Part shown: positions 1-10,246 of the stretch, piece after piece
Position numbering within the stretch: position 1 is the first letter of the stretch
Layout of the letters: every line of letters begins with the position of its first letter
IMG/VR virus record: IMGVR_UViG_3300027985_001053
DNA: 64,000 nt
Direction: 5' to 3' (one strand)
DNA from: a virus
Taxonomy: Duplodnaviria; Heunggongvirae; Uroviricota; Caudoviricetes
Notes under the pieces: generated by a model
Seen by the model: the letters and a program-made list of their open reading frames with translations, nothing else
What the model was told of the DNA's origin: nothing
The model's database searches: none
Made by a program: the position numbers and the translations under genes

Positions 1-71
1 GTAGTTACCCTTAAAGAGTGTAAGAAGACGTATTCAAGAGAATACGTATAGAAGAATTAACGACAGACGTA

Positions 72-106
72 AAAAAGGTAGCTTTTTATAATCTGCTACC
101 TTTTTC
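72..106. terminator. bidirectional hairpin terminator
   Basis: inverted repeat aaaaaggtagc/gctaccttttt with flanking A-run and T-run; downstream of the - strand gene ending at 224. Confidence 0.45.
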
Positions 107-223
107 GCTGTGTGCCGAAGATGGTTCATTTAAATAAAAAAGCCATACAATTAAGTAAAGCTTCTATTATGGCGAATAAACACACCAAAATTAACGATTA
201 GATTTAATAAGGTTAAATTTATT

Positions 224-466
224 CTAATCCTTAAAAATATAATAATCATGAGTGTAAAAACCATCATCATCTGAATCAAATCCACAACTAAACACGGTGT
301 CATAATCTATTGCTTTTAGATCCTCTGGATTAATTCCTATAACCCTAACACAGTGCCATTTATGGTTGTCACTATAACAAAAATCGGGGTTATACCTTCT
401 AAATACTGTCTCAGCAATATTTAATGGTTGTTTATCATGTAATTCTTTGCTTGTATATGTGTCCAT
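224..466 (-). CDS. hypothetical protein
   Basis: ORF of 80 aa; no recognisable motif. Confidence 0.35.
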   Translation of the reverse strand: MDTYTSKELHDKQPLNIAETVFRRYNPDFCYSDNHKWHCVRVIGINPEDLKAIDYDTVFSCGFDSDDDGFYTHDYYIFKD

Positions 467-559
467 TCTGATCTCCTTTAATATAAAAGCAAGCCAATAC
501 TAATATTGAGTACGTTGTATCAGATAGTTCCAAGGATATCTACTTGCTTATGTTTTAAC

Positions 560-841
560 CTACTTAATTAATACGTTTCCTTTTTCAAATGCCACAGCAG
601 GACTAAAGGACTTATATCCATCTTCATAAACTACATAATATCCACCTGCAATAGGGTTATGCTTTCTTAAGTATTCATGGCTTATTGATATTTTATCATA
701 GTTATCATCATGAAATGACATCCACATTGAACCATCACTCTCTTGCCCTACCCCTGTGAACTTTGGGTAAATCTCTTTAATCTTTAAAGCCCAAACCTTT
801 TTTATGCTTTGGTATTTCGGCATTTCTCTTTCGACACTCAT
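560..841 (-). CDS. hypothetical protein
   Basis: ORF of 93 aa; no recognisable motif. Confidence 0.35.
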   Translation of the reverse strand: MSVEREMPKYQSIKKVWALKIKEIYPKFTGVGQESDGSMWMSFHDDNYDKISISHEYLRKHNPIAGGYYVVYEDGYKSFSPAVAFEKGNVLIK

Positions 842-1032
842 TACATTCTCCTTTGGCTCACTTGCCTACAATCAATATAGCACTATATAAAAGATTATGC
901 AAGAAACTTTATGATAAAAACATATAAAAGTGTTGACTAAAGGATATTGATATAGTAAAGTATTGATATGGATAAATTAGTAAGACAAGAAAAAAAGAAG
1001 TAGTTACAGACACTTTAATTATTGCAAAAGGT

Positions 1033-1644
1033 GTGGGAAATCATCATAAAAATGTTATGGAGTTGTTAAATAATTACTCTCATACAAAAACGCTTTCCAC
1101 GTTTAAAACGGAGAAAGTCTCTAATGGTGGTAGACCGGTGGAATATGCAATATTAAATGAAAAGCAAGCAACATTCTTGATTACTCTAATGAGAAACAAC
1201 GATATTGTTGTAGATTTTAAAGAGAAGTTATCAAATGCTTTTGTGGAGCAAAGAGAATTAATCGTAAAATTGGTTAACCAACAATCAAACCCAACATGGT
1301 TAAATGTTCGTAAAAATGGAAAGCTGGTAGTTAAGCAGAAAACAGATATAATTAAAAACTTTATCGAGTACGCTATGAAACAGGGGAGCAAGTCAGCAGA
1401 AAGGTATTACACTAACTTTGCAAAAATGGAAAATCAAGCAATGTTTATCTTTGAGCAGAAATACCCAAATATGAGAGAAGTGTTAACCATTAAACAATTA
1501 ATGCAAGTTGCTACAGCTGATGATATTATCGAAAAAGCAATAAAAGAGTGTATGGAAAAGGGAATGTTTTACAAGGATATTTTCAAGGAAGCAAAGAAAA
1601 GAATTATTGGTAAAAGCCCTATACTAGGATTAGAAAACAAATAA
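1033..1644 (+). CDS. phage regulatory protein, Rha/antirepressor-like (tentative)
   Basis: 203 aa; N-terminal region resembles the Rha-family phage regulatory domain; first gene of the + strand early block. Confidence 0.35.
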   Translation: MGNHHKNVMELLNNYSHTKTLSTFKTEKVSNGGRPVEYAILNEKQATFLITLMRNNDIVVDFKEKLSNAFVEQRELIVKLVNQQSNPTWLNVRKNGKLVVKQKTDIIKNFIEYAMKQGSKSAERYYTNFAKMENQAMFIFEQKYPNMREVLTIKQLMQVATADDIIEKAIKECMEKGMFYKDIFKEAKKRIIGKSPILGLENK

Positions 1645-1656
1645 GGAGGATGAAAT

Positions 1657-1842
1657 ATGGGAGAAATAGTAGAAGCAATGCTTAATGGTGAGTTGTGTTA
1701 TGGTTGTGGTTGTTATATTGAAACAAAGCCAGAGCAACAAGGACAACCAATTTATTGCAGTTATGAATGTAGAGATTGGCATGATTTAGATGTTAAATAC
1801 CCTTATTTAGATAACGGTATTTTAATAGATCATGAATGCTAG
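1657..1842 (+). CDS. small Cys-rich (zinc-ribbon) protein
   Basis: CYGCGC...CSYEC motifs; RBS aaggagga upstream. Confidence 0.4.
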   Translation: MGEIVEAMLNGELCYGCGCYIETKPEQQGQPIYCSYECRDWHDLDVKYPYLDNGILIDHEC

Positions 1843-1909
1843 AAATGGAAAAAGAATATAATGATATAAAGAAGGTGTTAGAGCTTTTATTTAAAGTGAA
1901 GGAGATAAA

Positions 1910-2089
1910 ATGAGTGCAGATAATTATAGGGATTGCCCTAAATGTGGAAAAGAGAACGCAAGAGAAGATTATTGGATTTACAGTGAAAACGATGAGGTAA
2001 TAGTTTACTACTTAATAAACTGTAAAAAGTGTGGGTATAAATATAAGATTGAAGAAAGCAGACCATTATTAGTGTTGGAGGAAAAATGA
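1910..2089 (+). CDS. small zinc-ribbon protein (59 aa, not in ORF track)
   Basis: ATG preceded by aaggagat; CPKCGK...CKKCGY motifs; stop overlaps the next ATG (ATGA). Confidence 0.4.
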   Translation: MSADNYRDCPKCGKENAREDYWIYSENDEVIVYYLINCKKCGYKYKIEESRPLLVLEEK

Positions 2090-2271
2090 AACAAAATAAT
2101 CTTGGATGGTCACAAGAAACAGTGAATTGGGTTAGAAGTTTAAAAGGTAAGAATAAAATATACTTTGTAGTTGTTCTTTTAATAAGTTCTTTTATTATTG
2201 CCCCTTTAGTTGGTTGGAATCTTGGGAAAGGAATTGGTTTGCTGATGAATAGTATATTGGGTTTAAATTAA
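2086..2271 (+). CDS. small membrane protein
   Basis: 61 aa with one hydrophobic helix. Confidence 0.35.
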   Translation: MKQNNLGWSQETVNWVRSLKGKNKIYFVVVLLISSFIIAPLVGWNLGKGIGLLMNSILGLN

Positions 2272-2372
2272 AAACAATCATAGAGTTTAATAAAACCTAT
2301 GCTAGAAATGGAAAAAGAATATAATGATATAAAGACGGTATTAGAGCCGTTGTTTAAAACGAAGGAGATAAA

Positions 2373-2597
2373 ATGAGGAAATCATTTAAAAGTTATGCTA
2401 TGAGTGCAACGTTAATAAAAGATATTCCTGGTGGTATGAATATAATGTCAGATTTAAGAAAGATTAAAGCTAGAAACAAAAAAGAAGCTATTGGGGAATA
2501 TGTTCTACAGATAAATAAAGAGTTTAAAGAACATTATATTCATTGTAGACCGTTGATTATGGAAATAAAAGAAGCATTAGGATTGGAGGCAAAATGA
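2373..2597 (+). CDS. hypothetical protein
   Basis: 74 aa ORF with aaggagat RBS; its upstream 77 bp duplicates the region before 1910. Confidence 0.4.
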   Translation: MRKSFKSYAMSATLIKDIPGGMNIMSDLRKIKARNKKEAIGEYVLQINKEFKEHYIHCRPLIMEIKEALGLEAK

Positions 2598-2930
2598 TAA
2601 TAATAGAAAACTGTAGTGAATCTGATGCTATTAGTAAATTAAGAGCATATAGAGATAAAGAAGTAAAAATTGACATGGCTACAATAGCAAGGATAACTTC
2701 GGGAAAACAGATGGAAAGCGAGATAGCATTTATTAGTAAAAATAACAATCTAAAAATTAAGTTTTAGTTTAATCACCAAAACAAGGAGAGAGGGAATGAC
2801 ATATGCGAAGTGGATTTGGAAAATGGATTACTGTGAAAAAAAACAATTTACCTCCTGCTCAATCTTGGGCATGGAATGAAGCAGAGAAAGCTTTTCAGGT
2901 AAGAAATTTAGGAAATACAAGGGAGAAAGT

Positions 2931-3239
2931 ATGAATATAGAAGATAGATTACAAATAATATGGAATGGTACTCATTCTAGTGTGAGAAAAAGCCAAATAA
3001 AAGAGGTAAAAACTTATCTTGATAACTTACAACAAGAAAACACTCAATTAAAACAGAAGTTGAAAGAATTCGATTATTTATTATCAATAATATCAAAAGA
3101 AAACTGCATTGTGGATTATGATCTTGATTATCACAAAACAAAAGATAAAGAAGTTTGTGCTGGTAAAAATAACCGGAATTGTAAATCTTGTTGGAAAGAG
3201 GCGTTAAAAGCCGAGAAGTTTTTGGAGGGGAAGGGATGA
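2931..3239 (+). CDS. hypothetical coiled-coil/Cys-containing protein
   Basis: 102 aa ORF. Confidence 0.4.
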   Translation: MNIEDRLQIIWNGTHSSVRKSQIKEVKTYLDNLQQENTQLKQKLKEFDYLLSIISKENCIVDYDLDYHKTKDKEVCAGKNNRNCKSCWKEALKAEKFLEGKG

Positions 3240-3514
3240 TTGATAAATATGTTAATTGGGTTAGTTATTGGGATAATGAAATAGACTGTCAGATTCAAAG
3301 TTTAGAGGATTATGAGCCAACACTTATCAAAACAGATTGTTCCCATATTAGAATGTTAATGGATATTGATGATAAAGAGTTAATTATTAACGATTGCGAA
3401 ATCAGAGATGACGGCTGTTTAATTGTTTGGGAATTTGGTACTGATGAAGATGGTTTTTCTCTAACTTTTTTAATCGGGAAAGATGATTTAATTAAGCATG
3501 TAGAATTTTACTAA
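3236..3514 (+). CDS. hypothetical protein
   Basis: internal ATG of ORF 3188..3514 overlaps the upstream stop (ATGA); more plausible start. Confidence 0.35.
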   Translation: MIDKYVNWVSYWDNEIDCQIQSLEDYEPTLIKTDCSHIRMLMDIDDKELIINDCEIRDDGCLIVWEFGTDEDGFSLTFLIGKDDLIKHVEFY

Positions 3515-3524
3515 AGGATAACAA

Positions 3525-3776
3525 ATGAAAGATATAGATAAGTTAAGACTAGATTCAACAGGAGATTACTATAACGCAAATGATGTTGAAAAGTTAGTTG
3601 ACTCTCTCAATAAGAAGATAGAAGAGTTAGAGACTTGTAGAAAATGCTTAAGAGTTAAAAACTGTGAAGTGTGTACACATAATACGCTTAAAAGACAAGA
3701 CTGTTATTCAGATAATTTTGTGCTTGACAATGAAAAGTATAAGAATTATTTCACAAAGGAGAATAAGACAGAATGA
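3525..3776 (+). CDS. hypothetical Cys-containing protein
   Basis: 83 aa ORF. Confidence 0.4.
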   Translation: MKDIDKLRLDSTGDYYNANDVEKLVDSLNKKIEELETCRKCLRVKNCEVCTHNTLKRQDCYSDNFVLDNEKYKNYFTKENKTE

Positions 3777-4084
3777 AATGTAATAATACCAAATGTGTAG
3801 AGTATAACCACAAATACCCATTAAATTGTTCTTGTCATGTAGAAGATGAGAGATCAGTTTCAAGGTGTGATTGTTTTCAAAAGAATGAAATAATAGACAT
3901 CAAACAACTAACACTAGACCAATTAAGAGAGCAGTTTGAGATATTTTATATAAATCAAAACGGAACTATGAAAAAGGATTTATTAAGTAGATCAACAAAA
4001 GGTAATTACGGTTTTCATAAGGTTCAAATGATGTGGTTAGTATATAAAGAATGTGCCAGAGCCAACAATATAATTAAGGAGTAG
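3773..4084 (+). CDS. hypothetical protein, paralog of 8618..8923
   Basis: shares IKQLTLDQLREQFE...KECARANNII with IKQLTIEELRKQFE...KCCAKTNNLL. Confidence 0.45.
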   Translation: MKCNNTKCVEYNHKYPLNCSCHVEDERSVSRCDCFQKNEIIDIKQLTLDQLREQFEIFYINQNGTMKKDLLSRSTKGNYGFHKVQMMWLVYKECARANNIIKE

Positions 4085-4699
4085 ATATGAAGTGCCAAAG
4101 AAAACAATGTTTATCGTGCTGTCAATGTATCAGTATGATAAAGATAACATGGATAATATGACAGAGCTTGAATTGATAGAGGGCGTTGTATTACTTGATA
4201 AGCATATTTAAAAATTGTTTGGCTGAATCATTAGCCTGTTGTTTCCGTTTCTTCTCTAATAGTCTCCATCTTTTCATGGTGTCACCTTAATATCTTGGCT
4301 TATCTTTAGTGAATAAAGGTATAAATAGAAAATAAAATGTTGTCTTTACCCTGGGCAATCTCGCTTCTTTCCACATAATCATCTTGATAAACATGTTTTT
4401 TATCTCTTGGCTTAATATAATGTCTCTCTCTCTCTTGTTTTTATAGTAAACACTCTTCTCTCCTTCCTGTTATACGCTTAATCTTCATCTTTAGTAATAA
4501 GTGTTTCAATCACTCCACTCACAAATGTTACTATAATCACTTCGTATGTGATAAGTACCTGTTTAATAGTCATATAGCCCCACCTACAACAAACTTGCTA
4601 ATCAATGTGAACATCCCCACAAACAAACCCCATCTAAGTAAAGATATTATTGCTTTGTTCATCCTCTCTCCTTTATACCCTCCGTAGAGGGCTGTGACA

Positions 4700-5158
4700 C
4701 TAATCTTTGGTTATTGTAGTTTCTTTTTTAGATTTCTCAATAACTTCTGATAATTTCAAAGCTTCTTTTTTAAAACTATTCGCAACAAAGACGCCTAATA
4801 AAATATAGACAGCTAATGTATAGTGAAACGTAAGGGCAGCTAATATTAGAGTTAAAATTAAAATTATAAGCAATAAGTCTATTTTTGTATCAATTTTAGC
4901 ACCTTCTTTTAATACTTTGTTATCCATTTCAGAACCTTTGTTTGGGTCTTTAGTAATCATAGTGTTAAGTATTTTAAATAAAAATATACATAAGAAACAC
5001 AATATTGTTACCCCAGCAACATATACGGTAAATATAGTAGACCCAATTTCCATAAACCCTAATATACTTTGATGTACACTAAAAATCTCAAATTGATTTA
5101 AAGCTAATACGCTATAAATCCCTAATCCTAATAAACTAATAACTCTTCCCGATTTCAT
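4700..5158 (-). CDS. integral membrane protein (about 4 TM)
   Basis: 152 aa, several hydrophobic helices. Confidence 0.45.
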   Translation of the reverse strand: MKSGRVISLLGLGIYSVLALNQFEIFSVHQSILGFMEIGSTIFTVYVAGVTILCFLCIFLFKILNTMITKDPNKGSEMDNKVLKEGAKIDTKIDLLLIILILTLILAALTFHYTLAVYILLGVFVANSFKKEALKLSEVIEKSKKETTITKD

Positions 5159-5945
5159 ACTTTCTCCTTCAATCTATTCAATCCCTTTAACACTAAATAA
5201 TCTTTCATTGTTAAACCTTCTCTCTTTTCTAACCGTCTTAAATCTTCTTTGTTTTTCGGTTGTTTCTATTATTCTGTATTTCATGTTTTAAAATATATAA
5301 CATAATGTAAAACAAAGTCAAGTCAAGTAAATAAAAACTATTTAACAGATGAATAGACAAATAAACATATTCATGTTATATTAAACGAGTCAAAGGACTT
5401 ATCACTCTTGTTAATGACAACAGACCAGATGTACAATACAAAGAGTTTGATTTGTATTCTTTAATCGTTTTATAGCTGGGGCGGTGTTTGTGTGTGATAG
5501 CATAAAGAAAGGAGTACAAACTAAGCTCTTTCTTATACTTTGATGTGGTGTTTGATAAAGATTAGACCACGCCAAAACCTCAAATAAACGGGTAACTGTT
5601 AGACTATAAGCCTAGCAACGAGCGAACTTGATAGAAAATTATGCCATGACTTGAAAAGTCAATAAACTTATTCAGCCGTAAGGACTAAATTAAATAGTTC
5701 TTTAGTGGAATCCGCCTTGATGTGCTGGTTTTATCTGTATGATATAATTAAGAGTGTGAGTATCGCATATAGACTTAGTTTTATCAATCATGCCTATTTG
5801 CTGGTAGGGTTTGTAGTATCTTAAAAAAATAAAGGAGAACAAAGTGTTAATAATAAATAAAATCAAAGAGATTATGGTGTTGATATCAGGAACATCCAAA
5901 ACATGCGACCACAGTTATATCCAATAGGATCTTACATGTATAGGC

Positions 5946-6083
5946 ATGGATCATTACCCGAAATATGTCAAACACAAATGTACGAAATGTGGGGATGAGA
6001 TAGAAAGAAGAAATAAATATATGTCTTGCTGCGGTCGAGAAAAAAAGGTTTCAAGTAAATGCTTATATTGTGGAAAATTTTAG
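5946..6083 (+). CDS. small zinc-ribbon protein (45 aa, KCTKCG...CLYCGK)
   Basis: not in ORF track; paralog of 9327..9464. Confidence 0.35.
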   Translation: MDHYPKYVKHKCTKCGDEIERRNKYMSCCGREKKVSSKCLYCGKF

Positions 6084-6169
6084 ATTAGCAATAGAGTCTT
6101 ATCTATTAAAAGTTAACCAGTAGTCTTGACTAAGGGTATAGTGATAGGTTTAAGTTAAAAGGAGAGTAT

Positions 6170-6373
6170 ATGAAGAAAGCATGGATATTAGGTTTTGAAA
6201 AGACTGGATTTATTTACGTTGTACATATGGATACGTTTATAGATGGTGAAGTAGTCCTATGTCAACAAAGCAGATTTTACAATCTTGATTTAGTTGAAAA
6301 GAAATTAGTTACAGATTTGGGGACATTTGAAGTTGTGGAACAGTACATAGATTTTATAGAACTAAGCAATTAA
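6170..6373 (+). CDS. hypothetical protein
   Basis: 67 aa; RBS aaggagag. Confidence 0.4.
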   Translation: MKKAWILGFEKTGFIYVVHMDTFIDGEVVLCQQSRFYNLDLVEKKLVTDLGTFEVVEQYIDFIELSN

Positions 6374-6721
6374 TAACAGCTAAATAAGTAGTACAAAGGA
6401 GAATATATGAAGCAAATAAAGTTTAATTCATTTTACACAGGATTTATGTTTGGAATATTTTTTGAGTTCATAATAATATATGTTGTAATACTCTAGTAGA
6501 TAGGAGATAAGAAAAGATGAAAATGGATGATATAAGTTTCAATGTAAGTATAATAGATGATAATGGTATAGAAACAAAGCTAGGACATACTTTAGTATCA
6601 ACATTGAAAATGAACAAACCTGCTAAGATATACACTGTGTAAAATGTCATGGATATGACGGTAAACATCATTAAAATTGTATAACTTCAAAAGCAGAGAA
6701 ATACATAAAGGAGAATGAATA

Positions 6722-7129
6722 ATGGAAGATATAAAAAGATATATAATAGAAGGTGTCTACTCTTTGATAGAGTCAGACGAGATAGAGACAACATATCTTA
6801 AATATTCAGATCATACAGCAGTAGTAGAGAGTAAAGATAAAATGATAAGTAATTATCTGAAAAATCTTAAAGAAGATAATGAGAAGTTTAAAGAATTATA
6901 TTCTATTATTGAGGCAATGCAGAATATCGAGCGTGTTTTTTATTGTAGTGAATGTGATAATTTCTACAAGGGGCATCTAAAGCCAAACTCATATATGGAA
7001 TGTGATTGTGGAGAACATGCTAAAGAGTTATCGGCTGTAGATTTGTTGAAAGTTAATTTGACAATGCAGAAAAAGATAGATGAGTTAGAGAAATCTGTTA
7101 GAGACATCTTTAAATCAAATAGAAGATGA
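6722..7129 (+). CDS. hypothetical zinc-binding protein
   Basis: 135 aa; CSECDN...CDCGEH. Confidence 0.4.
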   Translation: MEDIKRYIIEGVYSLIESDEIETTYLKYSDHTAVVESKDKMISNYLKNLKEDNEKFKELYSIIEAMQNIERVFYCSECDNFYKGHLKPNSYMECDCGEHAKELSAVDLLKVNLTMQKKIDELEKSVRDIFKSNRR

Positions 7130-7391
7130 ATGTAAAAGCTATTTAAGATCTGGTGCAAAGAAGGTTAAATAGAGGAAGTGTGTGGATAAAGAGTGTAACA
7201 GAGTACGTGGCATTATTTGGGAGTGTTTGTTGTAAACCTATTATTGGTGTTGTTTGGTCTTTTCGCACCAGTGGGAGTAATGTTATTTATTTCAATGCAT
7301 GTAGGTGTTGCAGCAATAATTATTTTACCTATATTTATATGTTTAGGCATAGAATTACTTTGGTTGATAATAAAAATTATAGAGAGGTTAA

Positions 7392-7849
7392 TTGGTGAAT
7401 AAAAGTTTAATGTTTAGTAGTAAAGAAGAAAAATGGCAAACGCCAGATAATGTATTTAATGAATTAAATGAAGAGTTTAATTTTACATTGGATCCTTGTT
7501 GCCAGCATGATAGTGCAAAATGTGATAAATATTATACGCCTGTAGAAGATGGCTTAAGTCAATCATGGGCAAATGAAACGGTCTTTGTAAATCCTCCTTA
7601 TGGTAGAGAATTAAAAAGTGGGTTAAAAAATCACATAATGAAGCTATTTACAATAAAGCCACAGTGGTTATGCTAATACCAGCAAGGACAGATACAAGCT
7701 ATTTTCATGATTATATTTATAATAAGTTTGAAGTTCGATTTATTAGAGGTAGAATTAAGTTTGTAGATCCAGCTACAAAAAAGCAAGGGGATTCTGCTCT
7801 ATTCCCTACAATGATCGTAGTCATGAAGCATAACAGTAAAAGGGATTAA
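7392..7849 (+). pseudogene. dam: DNA N6-adenine methyltransferase (T1/P1-type phage Dam family), disrupted by a frameshift near 7640
   Basis: frame 1 gives WQTPDNVFNELNEEFNFTLDPCC...NPPYGRELK; the overlapping frame continues EAIYNKATVVMLIPARTDTSYFHDYIY...RFIRGRIKF...ALFPTMIVV. Base 7640 must be read twice to join them. Confidence 0.7.
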
Positions 7850-7891
7850 ATAGATGAAGTGTGTAAAGGTAAATTATTATAAGGATAACAA

Positions 7892-8311
7892 ATGGAAAAT
7901 ATAGAAACAGCAATAGACTTAGCTCTTGTGCCATCAACGCTAACAATATCACTTGAAGGCGAGAAACTTATTGAAATCCTACATGATGGCACCGTTAAAA
8001 CGTACAAAGAAGGTTGTGAACAAGAAGCAAGTAAGATATTTTATGAATCTTTACAATTTGAAGGCCAAACATTATATCAAAAAATAAGCTCCTTAAATAA
8101 GAAGATAGAAGAACTCGAGAAGCTAAAAGCAGAGTCTATAGTAAGGTTTAAGAATGACTGTGTTTCAATCTTTGTACATAAATATGGTTTGGACATAGAC
8201 GATATGAAAAAGCATATGAATTGTCTTACAGATGAAGAATATTTCGATTATATGGTTGGGGAAACTTCGACGGAAGATTATGTTGATGAAGATATTTTAA
8301 GCTGGGATTGA
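7892..8311 (+). CDS. hypothetical acidic protein
   Basis: 139 aa ORF. Confidence 0.4.
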   Translation: MENIETAIDLALVPSTLTISLEGEKLIEILHDGTVKTYKEGCEQEASKIFYESLQFEGQTLYQKISSLNKKIEELEKLKAESIVRFKNDCVSIFVHKYGLDIDDMKKHMNCLTDEEYFDYMVGETSTEDYVDEDILSWD

Positions 8312-8333
8312 TAGCAAAGGGGGGATTAAATAG

Positions 8334-8612
8334 ATGAAGTGTATAGAAATCAGACTAAAAGTATTGGGTTTAGATAATATGGCTAATATGGAGACAGAAT
8401 TAACTTTTCCTGACACTATAACGGAAGATCAAGCAATAAATCTTCTGAAAGCTTTTGTAGAGCCTGTCGAATCAATAAAAGAAGTATGTGCGTGGGATAA
8501 CTTGCCAAACGGAGAAAGTACTACGCAATGTGGTAATCTCAGTGTATTTATTGATGATGATTTTAGATATTGCCCTTACTGTGGTAAACCAATAAGGATT
8601 AAAGGAGAGTAG
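8334..8612 (+). CDS. zinc-ribbon protein, paralog of 8992..9249
   Basis: shared C-terminus YCPYCGKP(I/R)(R/K)I. Confidence 0.45.
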   Translation: MKCIEIRLKVLGLDNMANMETELTFPDTITEDQAINLLKAFVEPVESIKEVCAWDNLPNGESTTQCGNLSVFIDDDFRYCPYCGKPIRIKGE

Positions 8613-8617
8613 AGAAT

Positions 8618-8923
8618 ATGTTTAATAATATGAAAGTGGGGTCATGCTATTGCACAAGATGTGGAAGAGAAGTATATGATCATTATTGTAATAACTGTGA
8701 ACCTCATACAAATATCAAACAACTAACTATAGAAGAACTACGAAAACAATTTGAACGTGAAACGATAATTCCAAAAGAGATTTATTGGGATGGCGAAGAT
8801 TATATGTATTATGGACATGATAGAGATTTAAACATAATGTTAGATGAAATCAGGGTTAGATGGTACGGTTGGAAATGTTGTGCAAAAACCAACAATCTCT
8901 TAAATACTAATTATGAGGTATAA
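8618..8923 (+). CDS. Cys-rich protein, paralog of 3773..4084
   Basis: shared motifs, see 3773. Confidence 0.45.
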   Translation: MFNNMKVGSCYCTRCGREVYDHYCNNCEPHTNIKQLTIEELRKQFERETIIPKEIYWDGEDYMYYGHDRDLNIMLDEIRVRWYGWKCCAKTNNLLNTNYEV

Positions 8924-8991
8924 TAGAACTTCGATGAAATGGATTTTTAGTGTATTGCGGTAAGCTAGTAAAAGTTAAGTAAGGGAATGAG

Positions 8992-9249
8992 ATGAACGAA
9001 AGTAATTGTTTAGAATGTAAAACGTATATTGAATCGGAGCCATACAATGAGTGTAATAAATGTCTCAACAATAGTCATTTTATCAAGGATGTTGAACCGG
9101 TAGAAGAAGTTTGTGAGTATACCTATACGAATAAAAATCAGGTTGCATTAAAAGGATGTATCGATGTATGGGATGATACTTTTATTGTTCATCGTTGGAA
9201 GTATTGTCCTTATTGTGGTAAACCAAGGAAGATTAGAAATTGGGAATGA
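8992..9249 (+). CDS. zinc-ribbon protein, paralog of 8334..8612
   Basis: CLECK...CNKC...YCPYCGKPRKI. Confidence 0.45.
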   Translation: MNESNCLECKTYIESEPYNECNKCLNNSHFIKDVEPVEEVCEYTYTNKNQVALKGCIDVWDDTFIVHRWKYCPYCGKPRKIRNWE

Positions 9250-9326
9250 ATATTCTAAAAAAATTAAAAGAACTCCTATTTGTGTGCGACCATGACTATA
9301 GACAACAAGGATTAACCCGTATAGGT

Positions 9327-9464
9327 ATGGATATTTATCCAGAATATCTAGAGCATAAATGCTCTAAATGTGGGAACAAGGTAATGAAAAGAAATAAATA
9401 TATGCCCTGCTGAGGTAGAGAAAAGCCAGTAAATAGTGTGTGCAAATATTGTGGTAGGAAATAA
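9327..9464 (+). pseudogene. small zinc-ribbon ORF with in-frame TGA (paralog of 5946..6083)
   Basis: TGA at 9411..9413 aligns with a TGC (Cys) codon in the paralog. Confidence 0.35.
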
Positions 9465-9497
9465 AAAGAGTAAAACAATTATTGAGAGAGGTTTAAT

Positions 9498-10016
9498 ATG
9501 GCAATAGAATATGCTGCAAAATATAAAGATTTTTTAAAAAGCTTTTTAACAGATTTTAATACGCAAGAGTACTTGAAGTTTTTCAACGCTAGGTCTTATG
9601 CTTCAAGCTTTGAATTAGATAGTTCTTCGGACTGGAATACTATATCTGTAGTATCTACTACAGGTAATAAAGTAAACGCCTTATTTAGTGCGGATGTTAA
9701 TAGAGATTCTAATATAATAGCAGGTTTTCAAATTGTAGCGATCCGATATGGGGAAGTAACACCGAATATTAGTACCAGTGTTAAAGATTGTTTCGAGTTT
9801 ATAGATTTTTTACTTAATGTAAAAAAGTTTAGAAAAATATGTTTTGCGTGTTATGTAGGAAATCCTGCGGAAACTATTTATGATAGGATTATTAAAAAAT
9901 ATAATGGTCGAATTGTTGGAACTCAGTTACAGCATAACAAACTCTATGACGGTAAGTACTATGACTTAAAACTTTATGAAATATTTCCAGATAAGGAATA
10001 TTCAAAGCATATCTAA
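9498..10016 (+). CDS. hypothetical protein
   Basis: 172 aa; RBS gagagagg; followed by a terminator. Confidence 0.5.
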   Translation: MAIEYAAKYKDFLKSFLTDFNTQEYLKFFNARSYASSFELDSSSDWNTISVVSTTGNKVNALFSADVNRDSNIIAGFQIVAIRYGEVTPNISTSVKDCFEFIDFLLNVKKFRKICFACYVGNPAETIYDRIIKKYNGRIVGTQLQHNKLYDGKYYDLKLYEIFPDKEYSKHI

Positions 10017-10023
10017 GTAATAA

Positions 10024-10052
10024 AAAACCCTCTTAATCGAGGGTTTTATTTT
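10024..10052 (+). terminator. rho-independent terminator
   Basis: aaaccctc-ttaatc-gagggttt hairpin followed by tatttttaa. Confidence 0.7.
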
Positions 10053-10246
10053 TAATGTATAACTTTATTAAGGTCTTGCTGTTAATCCGTAATTATACTC
10101 AGCTAAGATTAAATCAATCTCTTTGTTAACTTCTTTAGGACCAATCTCAAGATGCCCTTTATCAACCAACCGTTTATAGGCAATTTTTCTTAAAGTTAGT
10201 AACAACTGTACGATATACATCGTAGCCTCCTTTCTAGTGTAATAAA

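Noticed and set aside
1080-1391. Minus-strand 103-aa ORF antisense to 1033..1644 (also 2557..2748, 6468..6671, 6964..7158, 7153..7402, 11313..11516, 17840..18037, 18047..18238, 18369..18557, 21468..21686, 22855..23079, 24527..24709, 25109..25444, 29176..29415, 35222..35560, 47050..47373)
   Set aside because: Low-complexity AT-rich reverse frames overlapping better supported genes; no RBS
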